DNA of 64,000 nt from Candidatus Omnitrophota bacterium (GCA_029564765.1 JAKQPK010000023.1:87084-151083); one strand, 5' to 3'; shown: positions 23,338 through 33,091, numbered from the stretch's first letter. Notes: generated from the letters alone by a model not told the origin. Numbers and translations: made by a program.

Positions 23338-24597
23338 TTATGAACGAACTTGGCCATTACCAAGAATTTCATACTTATAAGTTGTTAGTTCTTCTAAAGC
23401 CATCGGCCCTCGCGCGTGCAGCTTGTCCGTGCTGATCCCTATTTCCGCGCCAAAACCAAACTCATAACCATCAGTAAAGCGGGTCGAGGCGTTAACATAA
23501 ACACAGGCGGAATCAACAGATCTTAAGAAATGTTTTGCTTCGGACTTATTGCGTGTGATGATCGCGTCTGAATGCTTAGTGCCATAATAATTAATATGCT
23601 CTATGGCCTCTTGCGCACCTTTAACGACCTTTACTGCCAGAATAAGATCTAAATACTCTTCAAACCAGTCCTTGTCCGTTGCCTTCCCAATTTTCGCTGC
23701 GCAGATCTGGCGTGTTTTAGGACACCCTCGAACCTCCACACCCGCGTCGATAAACTCTGATATCATGCCAGGCAAGAACTTTCTTGCGATGCGCTCATCC
23801 ACTAATAATGTTTCCATGGCGTTGCAAACACCCGGTCGCTGGACCTTGGCATTCAAGCATATCTTGCGCGCCATCGCAAGGTCCGCAGAAGCGCCAACAT
23901 AAACGTGACAAACACCTTTGTAATGTTTTACCACCGGAATATAAGAATTTTCAACAACAAAACGGATCAGCCCCTCCCCTCCGCGCGGAATAACAAGATC
24001 GATATGTTGATCTTGGCGCAAAAGAACGTCCAAGGCTCCACGATCAGTTACGTCAATGAATTGGATCGCATCCACGGATATCTTCGTTTTACGCAAAGCT
24101 ATTCTTAGCACTTTAAAGATAGCCCGATTCGAAAAGATCGCTTCTTTACCGCCTCGTAAAATAACCGCGTTCCCTGATTTAAGACACAAGCCGGCGCAAT
24201 CACTTGTGACATTAGGTCGAGATTCATAAATGACCCCAATGACCCCAATAGACGTCCTAACCTTTCGGATCACAAGTCCGTTAGGCCTCTTAAAGACCCT
24301 CAAGACCTGACCAACTGGATCCTGAAGGCGTGCCGTATCCTGAAGGCAAGCAGCCATCGCTTCAACACGCTTAAGGTTAAGCGTCAATCGATCGATAAGG
24401 GCGGCTGAATAACCATTAGCGCGCGCGGCATCAACGTCCTTTTTATTCTCCCGTAACAAAAAATTCTTGCGCGCGATCAAAGCATGCGCCATCAGAAGAA
24501 GCGCTTTGTTCTTTTCTTGCGTTGATATCAAGGCAAGCGATCGGGAAGCTTTTTTTGCCCGCTGAGCGATCGCTGATATGTTTTTCTCGAACTTCAT
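23338..24597 (-). CDS. proA: Gamma-glutamyl phosphate reductase
   Basis: ProA blocks are present (VIGVIYESRPNV, GNAVILRGGKE). The start is placed at ATG 24597 (MKFEKNISAIAQRAKKAS) with an AAGGGTG SD 8 nt upstream. The ORF-track start is 24633. Confidence 0.92.
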   Translation of the reverse strand: MKFEKNISAIAQRAKKASRSLALISTQEKNKALLLMAHALIARKNFLLRENKKDVDAARANGYSAALIDRLTLNLKRVEAMAACLQDTARLQDPVGQVLRVFKRPNGLVIRKVRTSIGVIGVIYESRPNVTSDCAGLCLKSGNAVILRGGKEAIFSNRAIFKVLRIALRKTKISVDAIQFIDVTDRGALDVLLRQDQHIDLVIPRGGEGLIRFVVENSYIPVVKHYKGVCHVYVGASADLAMARKICLNAKVQRPGVCNAMETLLVDERIARKFLPGMISEFIDAGVEVRGCPKTRQICAAKIGKATDKDWFEEYLDLILAVKVVKGAQEAIEHINYYGTKHSDAIITRNKSEAKHFLRSVDSACVYVNASTRFTDGYEFGFGAEIGISTDKLHARGPMALEELTTYKYEILGNGQVRS

Positions 24598-24607
24598 AAC
24601 TGCACCC

Positions 24608-25696
24608 TTACCGTTGAGACAGAACCATATCATCGCAGTGAATGACTTCTGCCTTTTGCTTTTTATCTTTTGCCGTATGCAGATCGCTAACGGAATAGTT
24701 CACGATGCCTCGAGCAAATTCCTGACCCTGCTGGTCAACAACGGCGACAACATCATCCTTTCTGAAATGACCTTCCCAGCCCACGATACCCGGCAACAAA
24801 AGGCTTTTCCCACCCTTAAGTAAAGCCTGTCGAGCGCCCGCGTCAACAATGATCTTTCCTTTGGGTTTGGCGGCAAACGAGATCCAATGACGCTTTGCTA
24901 AGAGCCTATCTTCTTTCTCGACGAATAAAGTTCCGACCTGCCCACCTTTAAGAATGTCTGCGATAACACATGGCGCATTGGCGTTAGCAATAATGCATGG
25001 GATCTTTGCCTGTGTAACGATCTTAACTGCCTCCAATTTTGTGACCATGCCGCCTTTTGAAATGTTCTTATTCGGCGTTCCAAGGGCCAGACTCTCTATC
25101 TCTTTCGTGACCTCTTTGATCTCGCGAAAAACTTTCTTGTCTGAACTCTGAGTGTCATAAAGACCATCGACGTCGGAGAGGATCAGAAGCAGGTCCGCGC
25201 CAATCAAGCTAGCAACCAATGCTGAAAGCCGATCGTTATCGCCGAACTTGATCTCATCATTTGATATCGTGTCATTCTCGTTAATGATAGGGATGACATC
25301 GTATTCTAAGATCTTTTCAATGGTTTTTCGAGCGCTATTGTAACGCAACCGATCTCTAAAATCATCCCACGTGAGCAAAACTTGAGCGCAACACAATCCA
25401 TTTTTTCTAAAAAGCTGTGTATACAAATGCATGAGAACATTTTGCCCTATAGCGGCTAATGCTTGTAGCGAGGTAACATCCGCTGGGCGCAGGCGCTGGC
25501 CGAGCTCGCCTAACCCTAGAACAATAGAGCCAGAGCTTACGAGTACAACATCAATGCCTTGTCGTGACACAGCGCAGATCTCGCTGGCTAGCGACTCAAA
25601 AGCAGAAGCTTTCGGATTCATGTAATAGTTCGCGATCGTTGCCGAACCTAGCTTGATAACGATACGCTTGATTTTTCTTTCGAATGTTCTCGACAT
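24608..25696 (-). CDS. proB: Glutamate 5-kinase (with PUA domain)
   Basis: 362 aa starting IVIKLGSATI... with amino-acid-kinase family motifs. The ATG was verified. The gene overlaps the 3' end of obg by 49 nt. Confidence 0.93.
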   Translation of the reverse strand: MSRTFERKIKRIVIKLGSATIANYYMNPKASAFESLASEICAVSRQGIDVVLVSSGSIVLGLGELGQRLRPADVTSLQALAAIGQNVLMHLYTQLFRKNGLCCAQVLLTWDDFRDRLRYNSARKTIEKILEYDVIPIINENDTISNDEIKFGDNDRLSALVASLIGADLLLILSDVDGLYDTQSSDKKVFREIKEVTKEIESLALGTPNKNISKGGMVTKLEAVKIVTQAKIPCIIANANAPCVIADILKGGQVGTLFVEKEDRLLAKRHWISFAAKPKGKIIVDAGARQALLKGGKSLLLPGIVGWEGHFRKDDVVAVVDQQGQEFARGIVNYSVSDLHTAKDKKQKAEVIHCDDMVLSQR

Positions 25697-26658
25697 AAAA
25701 CCTTCTTTATTTCCTGGATAAGCTTATCCAGCCCTTCTTTCTCAAGGGCTGAGATCAAAAAGATCTTTCCTTTAATCTTTTTCTTGAACCGTTTGAGGTT
25801 TTCCTTGCTCTCCGGTAGGTCGATCTTATTGCCAACGATGATCTGCTTTTTAAAAGAAAGCTGTTCACTGTATGACTCCAACTCATGATTGATCTTTTCG
25901 TAATCTTCGATCGGATCCCGACCGTCCACGCCCGCCATATCAATGACATGAACTAGGATGCGTGTTCGCTCCGCGTGCCGCAAAAATCGGTCTCCCAAAC
26001 CTTTTCCGTGATGCGCCCCTTCAATAAGCCCTGGAAGATCAGCGACAACGAATTGAGAATAATCCTCTTGGTCCTGAACGAACCCCAGGATCGGTTGGCG
26101 CGTAGTAAAAGGGTAACTTGCGATCTTGGAGCGAACTCTAGAAATACTGGAGATCAATGTTGACTTGCCTGCGTTAGGAAAGCCGATCAATCCAACATCC
26201 GCAACAGTCTTGAGCTCAAAATGAATGGTTCGCGCTTCGCCCTGCCCAGCCGGTTTTGGTGTTCGATTTTTGTTGTTGCCAATGCCCCCGGCACCACCTC
26301 TAGCAACGACGACGCTTTGGCCGTCTCCTGCCAGATCCTTGATCATAAGGCCTGTGTCGTGATCGCGAACGATCGTGCCGACAGGAACCTTCAAAATGCA
26401 ATCTTCGCCGGTTTTTCCGTGCTTATTCTTGCTGCTGGCATGGCCACCGCGCTGCGCTTCATGGTGCTGGCGAAATTTATAGTCTAGCAGTGTCTGGACC
26501 GACCGGCTTGCGAGCACGACAACACTACCGCCACGGCCACCATCGCCACCGTCGGGACGGGGATAGCGCGTCCTGAGATCCTGATAAAAACTTTCGCACC
26601 CCTTCCCTCCGTCTCCGGCTTTGATAAAGATTCTTGCTTCATCAACGAAGGCGCTCAT
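25648..26658 (-). CDS. obg: GTPase Obg/CgtA
   Basis: Gly-rich Obg N-domain (GDGGKG...GGDGGRGG) and the G-domain motif GFPNAGKST. Confidence 0.95.
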   Translation of the reverse strand: MSAFVDEARIFIKAGDGGKGCESFYQDLRTRYPRPDGGDGGRGGSVVVLASRSVQTLLDYKFRQHHEAQRGGHASSKNKHGKTGEDCILKVPVGTIVRDHDTGLMIKDLAGDGQSVVVARGGAGGIGNNKNRTPKPAGQGEARTIHFELKTVADVGLIGFPNAGKSTLISSISRVRSKIASYPFTTRQPILGFVQDQEDYSQFVVADLPGLIEGAHHGKGLGDRFLRHAERTRILVHVIDMAGVDGRDPIEDYEKINHELESYSEQLSFKKQIIVGNKIDLPESKENLKRFKKKIKGKIFLISALEKEGLDKLIQEIKKVLCREHSKEKSSVSLSS

Positions 26659-26691
26659 AGAATGGATCCTTCTCTTGCGAGAACAAAAACG

Positions 26692-27009
26692 CTATGCTTT
26701 TGCTTCGATCTTGGCAATTTTAAGAATGGTCAATTTCTGACGATGCCCTTTTTTCCAAGACGTATTCTTACGCTTGGAATATTTAAAGGACACGGCTTTG
26801 TTGTCTTTGGCTTCAGCTGCCACGACATCAGCCTTAACCTTGACATCTGACAAGAATGGATTTCCGATCTTAACAGTTTCTCCATCTTCAAAAAGAAGAA
26901 CTTGATCAAGCTGGACAGACTTTTCAGCTTTTTCAAGGCGCTGAACACTGATCGTGTCACCTTCGGTGATTTTGTATTGCTGAGAACCTACCTGAACAAT
27001 TGCGTACAT
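26692..27009 (-). CDS. rplU: 50S ribosomal protein L21
   Basis: 105 aa starting MYAIVQVGSQQYKITEGD..., which is canonical L21. Confidence 0.93.
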   Translation of the reverse strand: MYAIVQVGSQQYKITEGDTISVQRLEKAEKSVQLDQVLLFEDGETVKIGNPFLSDVKVKADVVAAEAKDNKAVSFKYSKRKNTSWKKGHRQKLTILKIAKIEAKA

Positions 27010-27036
27010 GATGCCTCCTTTAAATAAGCTCGTACA

Positions 27037-28341
27037 CTACCCCGTCTTCACTTGCCCTCTGCCTTGACAATAAGGACAAGGACTGAAAGACATGGATTGT
27101 ATTGTTTTTCCTGTGCGCGCCCTGGTCATTTCCAAAAGACCAAGCTGTGAGATACGCGTAAGCTCTGTTTTGGCGTGATCTTTCTCGAGCGCTTTTTCTA
27201 AGGCCTGCAAAACCTGCCGCTTGTGGCCTTCCCTGTTCATATCAATAAAATCGATGACAATAATACCACCTAAATCCCGTAAGCGCAACTGTCGCGCGAT
27301 CTCGGTCGCTGCCTCCATATTGACCATGAACGCCGCGTCTTCTGGAGAAGCATTGACCTTAAAACGGCCACTATTCACATCAACCACGGTCAATCCTTCA
27401 GTAGGTTCGATTACAACATAAGCGCCAGATTTTAAATAAACCTTGGTCTCATAGATCTTATTCAACTGCTTTGTGATATTCTTCGCCTCGAACAATGGCG
27501 CCTCACCGCGGTAATGCTGGATACGATTGATCATTTCATTTCCGATCAACGTAAAAACAAACTTGCGAATACGATGATAGGCTTCCTGAGAATCAACGAT
27601 AATGCTGTCAATATCATCACGTAGAAAATCTCGGACGATCCTCCAGACCAGATCATATTCCTTGTACAACAACGCGGGCGCCTGTTTTCCTTCTGACTGC
27701 TTACGGATCTTCTGCCAAATCTCATAGAGAAACTTGGCATCGCGGACAATTTCACGCTTACCCTTATCTAAGGCAACTGTTCTAATAATGAAGCCGCTGT
27801 TTTTCGCAAAATCTAGATCCTTCAAAAGCTCTCTCAGACGATGCCTCTCATCGCCTGTATCGATCCTCTTTGAAACACCTAGATGTTTGTCATAAGGCAT
27901 AAAAACAACAAACCGCCCAGGAAGGCTCACGTGAGAAGTAAGCCGAGCACCTTTTGTGCCAAAGGGCTCTTTAACGACTTGAACAATGATCTCATCCCCT
28001 TTAGATAATGCCGGAGGATGTTCTGATCTTTTTTTAGTCTCCTTCGGTTTTACCTGCGGGTTTAGGATCTTTTCAATAAATTTTCGAGGACCCGATAGCT
28101 CTTCTTCCACTAACGGATTGACTATATCGGTCAAATACAAAAATCCGTTCTTTTCTTGCCCGATGTTAACAAACGCCGCATTAATGGACGGCAAGATGGA
28201 TTCAACGCGCCCTTTATAAATATTGCCTAGCAGCGTTCCTTCGGACTCTCTTTCGATATAAAAATCTTCCAGCACGCCACTTTCTATAATAGCGACACGC
28301 GTCTCACCTTCTTTAATATTAACTAAGATTTCTTTGGACAT
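27037..28341 (-). CDS. rng: Ribonuclease E/G family endoribonuclease (RNase G-like, 434 aa)
   Basis: N-terminal S1 domain plus an RNase E/G catalytic core with a DNase I-like region and a C-terminal Cys pair. Rne/Rng family assigned by overall conserved-block similarity. Confidence 0.85.
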   Translation of the reverse strand: MSKEILVNIKEGETRVAIIESGVLEDFYIERESEGTLLGNIYKGRVESILPSINAAFVNIGQEKNGFLYLTDIVNPLVEEELSGPRKFIEKILNPQVKPKETKKRSEHPPALSKGDEIIVQVVKEPFGTKGARLTSHVSLPGRFVVFMPYDKHLGVSKRIDTGDERHRLRELLKDLDFAKNSGFIIRTVALDKGKREIVRDAKFLYEIWQKIRKQSEGKQAPALLYKEYDLVWRIVRDFLRDDIDSIIVDSQEAYHRIRKFVFTLIGNEMINRIQHYRGEAPLFEAKNITKQLNKIYETKVYLKSGAYVVIEPTEGLTVVDVNSGRFKVNASPEDAAFMVNMEAATEIARQLRLRDLGGIIVIDFIDMNREGHKRQVLQALEKALEKDHAKTELTRISQLGLLEMTRARTGKTIQSMSFSPCPYCQGRGQVKTG

Positions 28342-28349
28342 AGGATAGG

Positions 28350-29765
28350 TTATTTCTTCTTCTCGAACCGCTTCTCTGCAACGCCTAGTTGATCAGCGTC
28401 ATTGACCTTTTCTGGCTGAATCACATGTGGCGTAATAAAGATGATCAGTTCTGTTTTGGTTAGCGTTTTTTCGCTTTTTTGAAAGGCAAGACCCATGATA
28501 GGGATATCGCCAAAGAAAGGCACTTTCTTTTTTGTATCGTTCCACTGCTTCTTGATCAAACCCGCGATCACAAGTGTTTGGCCATCCTTGATCATAACTC
28601 GCGTCGATGCGGATTCCGTGCTTAGTCGCGGAACACTCGTAGACTCCACCTGCACATAATCTAAGATCGCTGTTACCTTAGGCTCAACCTCTAAGGTAAT
28701 ATATCCTAGCTTATTGACTTGTGGCGTGACCTCAAAAATAATGCCAATGTCCTTATACTCCCACCCAGAAACTTGTAATTTTGCCTGCTCTTCATTGTAT
28801 GTGTATTGAGGCAAGGGATACTGGGTGCCAACAACAATATTTGCCTTCTGATTATCAAGGGTCGTAATGCGCGGATTGGAAAGGATATCTGTCCCAGAGC
28901 GCGACTTCAGCAATTCCAGGACGGCCTGCATTTGAGAAAAATCCAAGACACCAAAAGTAAACAAATTTGTATCTGGCGTTGGGAAGTTCATGCCTGGGCC
29001 ACTTAAAAATTTATTAGAGGAATTTTCGGTGAACGGCCAATATGCCGGCCTTGCAGAACCTGAAGCGCCCGCTTTAAAAGTCCAATCAATACCCATATTT
29101 TCCGTGTTTGTCAGCGTCGTCTCAATGATCTTTGCTTCAATAAGGACCTGCGGCGTCGCGGCATCAAGACGCTCCACGACCTTAGCGACTACCTCTAAAT
29201 TGCTTGGTGTATCTCGCACGATCAGCACGTTCGTCCTTTTGTCAAAATTGACCGTACCCCGAGCTGTCAGCATCTTCTCTATTGAGCCAACGACTTGGGT
29301 CGCATCTGCATAATCTAAAATAAAGGTTTTTGTCATGACAGACTCTTGGTCTGCCAATATCAAATCATCTTCGCGCAGTTTCTTTAAGTTCTGAACCGTC
29401 GTAACGACAATAATGTTGCCGCGCTGATCATACCCATAACCATACGTCTTTAGGATCACATTGAGCGCGTCTTGCCAAGTCACATTCTTAAGCTTAATGG
29501 TCACTAACCCTTGAACATCAGGACTTGGAACAATATTGATCTTTGCCTTGTACGATAAGATTTCCAGGACATTGCGAATATCTGCGTTCTCAAAATCTAG
29601 AGTAACGCAGCCATCACAAACCGCCTCATGGGCATCAGAAGCTGTTTGGGCTGCCGCAGGCCCTGCGCTCTTCCCCGTAGTTGTATTCTCCTGCTGAGCT
29701 AAAAGCTGCTGGATCATGATCCCAAGACATAAGATACCAAAAATAGCAATAACATATTTCTTCAT
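28350..29765 (-). CDS. pilQ: Type IV pilus secretin PilQ (outer-membrane secretin family)
   Basis: Signal peptide, N0/N1-type domains (TFILDYADATQV...NVLIVRD) and a C-terminal secretin domain (VPFFGDIPIMGLAFQ...LIIFITPHVI). Confidence 0.88.
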   Translation of the reverse strand: MKKYVIAIFGILCLGIMIQQLLAQQENTTTGKSAGPAAAQTASDAHEAVCDGCVTLDFENADIRNVLEILSYKAKINIVPSPDVQGLVTIKLKNVTWQDALNVILKTYGYGYDQRGNIIVVTTVQNLKKLREDDLILADQESVMTKTFILDYADATQVVGSIEKMLTARGTVNFDKRTNVLIVRDTPSNLEVVAKVVERLDAATPQVLIEAKIIETTLTNTENMGIDWTFKAGASGSARPAYWPFTENSSNKFLSGPGMNFPTPDTNLFTFGVLDFSQMQAVLELLKSRSGTDILSNPRITTLDNQKANIVVGTQYPLPQYTYNEEQAKLQVSGWEYKDIGIIFEVTPQVNKLGYITLEVEPKVTAILDYVQVESTSVPRLSTESASTRVMIKDGQTLVIAGLIKKQWNDTKKKVPFFGDIPIMGLAFQKSEKTLTKTELIIFITPHVIQPEKVNDADQLGVAEKRFEKKK

Positions 29766-29768
29766 GCC

Positions 29769-30131
29769 TTACTCCTTTTTCAGGTTCAAGCTAAATTCCT
29801 GACCTTGTCGATACAGCGTAACTGAATCTTGATTCACCGCAGTGACCACAAAACCTCCAATACGGTCTTCGATCTTGACAACCCTGCTGTTGATGATCGC
29901 AAACCTCTCTCCGTCAGGGTCATAGATGACCCCCTCTAAAACCATGTCTGAAAATTGCAAGCTATCATCATAAGATAGGATCGCACCGCTAGATGATACC
30001 AATGGCCAAAATGGATCGCGCCGCCCATGAGAGTCATACATAAAATCTTCTTGCGCAATTGCAAGAGCGGCTGACAAAAACAAGGCCAGGGTCCCTATGG
30101 CTGCAATAAAAAATCGCTTCATCATGCTCAT
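29769..30131 (-). CDS. pilP: PilP-like pilus assembly lipoprotein/periplasmic protein
   Basis: 120 aa with a signal peptide and a C-terminal beta domain resembling the PilP/GspC HR domain. It occupies the pilP slot in pilMNOPQ order. Confidence 0.6.
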   Translation of the reverse strand: MSMMKRFFIAAIGTLALFLSAALAIAQEDFMYDSHGRRDPFWPLVSSSGAILSYDDSLQFSDMVLEGVIYDPDGERFAIINSRVVKIEDRIGGFVVTAVNQDSVTLYRQGQEFSLNLKKE

Positions 30132-30712
30132 TTCTTTTTTACAATAAAAACATTAACTGTAGCCGTGACAATATTCTTCTTAACAGAGCCGGCATCTTTC
30201 ATGATCTCAAAATTATCAATGCTCATAAACGTTTCATCATTTTCCAGCTTGTAAAAAAATGTGCCGATCTCATGGTATCCACCTTCCGCGCTTAAAGCGA
30301 TCGGTAATGAGAAATATTCGCCATGCTCATTACTCAAGACCCTTGTCTCTGCGTTATTTAAAGGTGCGATCTGGTTGATCCTGATCGAGGATTTAGCCGC
30401 CAGCCTGGAGATCTTGTCGATCATCATGATCGCTTCTTCCTTTGGCAGGATACTATTCTCAATCCTGCTTAGCTTATCCTTCAGATTGACTATCTCTTCG
30501 CGGAGAACCGGTAATCGCTGCAGATTGTCTTTTGTCTCCCTAACCCCTTGCGATGTCTCCACAATTTTCTTTCTAGTTGATGCAAGGGCTTGCAACTGAG
30601 GTCTCATGATCAAGAAAAAATCAACAATAACAATAAAAATGATCGCGAAACCTAGCAGGACATAGCTTAGCTGTCTGGTCATTTCTATTTTAGGAAGCAA
30701 TTGTTTATCCAT
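30128..30712 (-). CDS. pilO: PilO-like inner-membrane pilus assembly protein
   Basis: 194 aa with one N-terminal TM helix, a coiled-coil and a periplasmic domain. It occupies the pilO slot. Confidence 0.7.
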   Translation of the reverse strand: MDKQLLPKIEMTRQLSYVLLGFAIIFIVIVDFFLIMRPQLQALASTRKKIVETSQGVRETKDNLQRLPVLREEIVNLKDKLSRIENSILPKEEAIMMIDKISRLAAKSSIRINQIAPLNNAETRVLSNEHGEYFSLPIALSAEGGYHEIGTFFYKLENDETFMSIDNFEIMKDAGSVKKNIVTATVNVFIVKKK

Positions 30713-30713
30713 C

Positions 30714-31307
30714 TTACTTACCGCCTACTTGCAATCGAAGAACAAAATTAGCGATCTCTGTAGTGTTGACCCTGCGACGACCTGTAAAATTCATATCAGG
30801 GTCCTTCAATCCTTTCATGAACAACGAATTGCTACGTAAATTTGTACTGAACGTGTTGACGATATTCGCGTAGTCGCCTTTTTTGGAGACTACGCTTCCT
30901 TCCATGATAAAGTTTTCTTTTGTTAGCGTCATGCGCGCCAACCACGTTCCAGGCGTCATCGCATCACTAACCGCATTCAGCTTTTGGGACCACGAAAGTC
31001 GTTTTCCCGTAGTAACGCTTTCAATGGTCGAAATTTTCTGGCGCAAAACCTTCAACTCCGCCAACACAGCATTAACCTCGGTTCTCTGAGGACCAATGCC
31101 TGCGAGGGATACTTCAATAGCCTTGCACGTCCCCATTTGCACAAATATCGTTAATTGCAATACAATATTAACAATGAACAAAAATGCCAAGAAACCACCG
31201 ACAATACCTATAGAAATTTCCAGCGGAATAGCTTGGACCGCTCGATGGAAGAGTCGATATTTCTTTCGCTTAACAAGTTCTTCGGGGACAAGATTGATAT
31301 TAATCAT
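30714..31307 (-). CDS. pilN: PilN-like inner-membrane pilus assembly protein
   Basis: The N-terminus MININLVPEE matches the PilN INLLP motif, followed by a single TM helix. Confidence 0.75.
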   Translation of the reverse strand: MININLVPEELVKRKKYRLFHRAVQAIPLEISIGIVGGFLAFLFIVNIVLQLTIFVQMGTCKAIEVSLAGIGPQRTEVNAVLAELKVLRQKISTIESVTTGKRLSWSQKLNAVSDAMTPGTWLARMTLTKENFIMEGSVVSKKGDYANIVNTFSTNLRSNSLFMKGLKDPDMNFTGRRRVNTTEIANFVLRLQVGGK

Positions 31308-32391
31308 TTTTTGTCAATGCCAGTCCTAAAGCTACGCATAACTGATCAGCCTGCGCTAAAAAGTCTTGTTTATCAACGTTTCCTGAAAACTCCAAATCAG
31401 GGGACGGGGCCCAAGCCTGAACAGGAATCTCAAGTTCTTTGGTCAAGAAATCTTGAAGGCCCTGCAAGCGCGCTCCCTGTCCAGCTAGCAAAATCTTTAT
31501 AACGCGCGCCCCATCTTCTGAACTAAAATAATCGAAAGAAAGGCGGATCTCTGATACAAAATTCATTAAAACGGGATGACAGGCCTTTAGCACATCTTCC
31601 TGCTTATCTTGAGAGGAACATTTTATTTTTTCCGCTCCTTGAAAGTCCAAACTAAGCAAGCTCATGATCTTCTGGGTAAAATCTTTTCCTCCGATCGCGA
31701 TCTCTCTGGTAAAACGAGGACCATGGTCCCGGAAAATAATAATCGTCGACTTGGCCTCCCCAACGTCTAAAAAGGCAAAAGCTTCCTTTTTTACGCTAGC
31801 CGGCAAAGAAATTGATCGTGTTTCTTTTTGCCCTTCAATGACCGCATTCGCAGCAGCAATCGCATGTAAGCCTATAAAATTCGCTTGTAAACCAAGATTT
31901 GAGATCATCTGCAAGCGATCTTTAACGATGTCCTTTTTTGCTACTGCAACAAGAACCGACATCTTATTGTCTTTTATCTGGCCATCATCGATAATTTGGC
32001 AATCAATATAGATCTCATTGCTCGGGAAAGGAAAATATTTGTCAGACTCGATCAACAAAGAGTCTTTTAACTGCGTGACTGGCATGCGAGGCATTCGAAT
32101 GAAACGGATCAAGGTTCCCTGGCCTGCAAGTCCCGTAAAAACGTTTTTTGACTCACTATCAATCTTTTTCAAGAGATTCCGGACTGCTGAAAGGACATCC
32201 CGGTCATGTACAGGCTCTACAGCCCAATTCATGATCTTAACATTTTTACTAGTCCGGACAACCTCAACCGCCTTGCATTGATAATTGCCAATATCAAGAC
32301 CTATAGAGGTCTCCTGAGGTCCGACAGGGATGTATTTTCTGATTAAAGAAAAATACGTATCTATAATATTTTGAATTTTATGCTTAAACAT
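31300..32391 (-). CDS. pilM: Type IV pilus assembly ATPase-fold protein PilM (actin-like)
   Basis: 363 aa with an FtsA/actin-like fold. It starts the pilMNOPQ block downstream of the pilA terminator. Confidence 0.85.
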   Translation of the reverse strand: MFKHKIQNIIDTYFSLIRKYIPVGPQETSIGLDIGNYQCKAVEVVRTSKNVKIMNWAVEPVHDRDVLSAVRNLLKKIDSESKNVFTGLAGQGTLIRFIRMPRMPVTQLKDSLLIESDKYFPFPSNEIYIDCQIIDDGQIKDNKMSVLVAVAKKDIVKDRLQMISNLGLQANFIGLHAIAAANAVIEGQKETRSISLPASVKKEAFAFLDVGEAKSTIIIFRDHGPRFTREIAIGGKDFTQKIMSLLSLDFQGAEKIKCSSQDKQEDVLKACHPVLMNFVSEIRLSFDYFSSEDGARVIKILLAGQGARLQGLQDFLTKELEIPVQAWAPSPDLEFSGNVDKQDFLAQADQLCVALGLALTKND

Positions 32392-32496
32392 TTATTTAAT
32401 AAATATAATATTCTTATTATTTCTTATCTTATTATATTTGCTTTTACTCTCTAATCAAATATTAACTCATTTTTCTTTCTGTCCCAGAAAAACCTT

Positions 32497-32537
32497 AAAA
32501 AACAAAGAGGGCTTGGGATTTCATCCCAAGCCCTCTT
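32497..32537 (-). terminator. Rho-independent terminator downstream of pilA
   Basis: Perfect 15-bp stem (AAGAGGGCUUGGGAU / AUCCCAAGCCCUCUU) with a 3-nt loop, followed by UGUUUUUU on the minus strand. Confidence 0.8.
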
Positions 32538-32557
32538 CAAAAACCACACTTACAGCC

Positions 32558-32947
32558 TTATTGAGCTGTTAACACACCACCTGTTGTAATGGTATAGGTT
32601 GATGAACCTGTAACATTACGCGAGACAGGAGTAGCTGTCAACGTATACCCTGTAGTTGTAAATGTACAGGCGTATGAAAAACCTGACAAATTGCTTCCAC
32701 AGTACGCTGTGTTAAGATAAGGCGGTGTCGCATTCATAAGCGATGTTATTTGAGCTGGATAACTTCCGGTGTTCGCAGTGCCGTATGTTTCAGCTGCCGT
32801 AGAAATGGCGCGAAGAGTGCTCTGCGCTAAGCTATCGTTGGCTGAAAGTCTTGCGCGAAGCAAGTTCGGAATAGCGATCGCGGCTAACAACGCAATGATC
32901 GCAACAACGATCATGATTTCGACCAATGTAAAACCTTTTTTATTCAT
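32558..32947 (-). CDS. pilA: Type IVa major pilin (prepilin with class III signal peptide)
   Basis: MNKKG|FTLVEIMIVVAIIALLAAIAIP has a 5-aa leader, Gly-1, Phe+1 and Glu+5. A C-terminal Cys pair forms the D-region, and the C-terminal part is Thr/Ser/Gly-rich. Confidence 0.9.
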   Translation of the reverse strand: MNKKGFTLVEIMIVVAIIALLAAIAIPNLLRARLSANDSLAQSTLRAISTAAETYGTANTGSYPAQITSLMNATPPYLNTAYCGSNLSGFSYACTFTTTGYTLTATPVSRNVTGSSTYTITTGGVLTAQ

Positions 32948-33091
32948 TGTTCTCTCCTCCTTTCAGGATTCAGATTGAACATCTCTGAAAATCTGCCTCG
33001 CGAGAAGAGAATGAGCAGAATGTATGATGCCGTCGAAGGGATGACTCTTGCTCTGCGTGCTTTTTTTCAGGACAGTTCTAATCCTTTTTTT

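Noticed and set aside
32948-33091. sigma54 (-24 GG / -12 GC) promoter upstream of pilA
   Set aside because: Only a weak GCACG...GCAAG resemblance is present, with no TGGCAC at the right spacing. A near-consensus sigma70 promoter is present instead.
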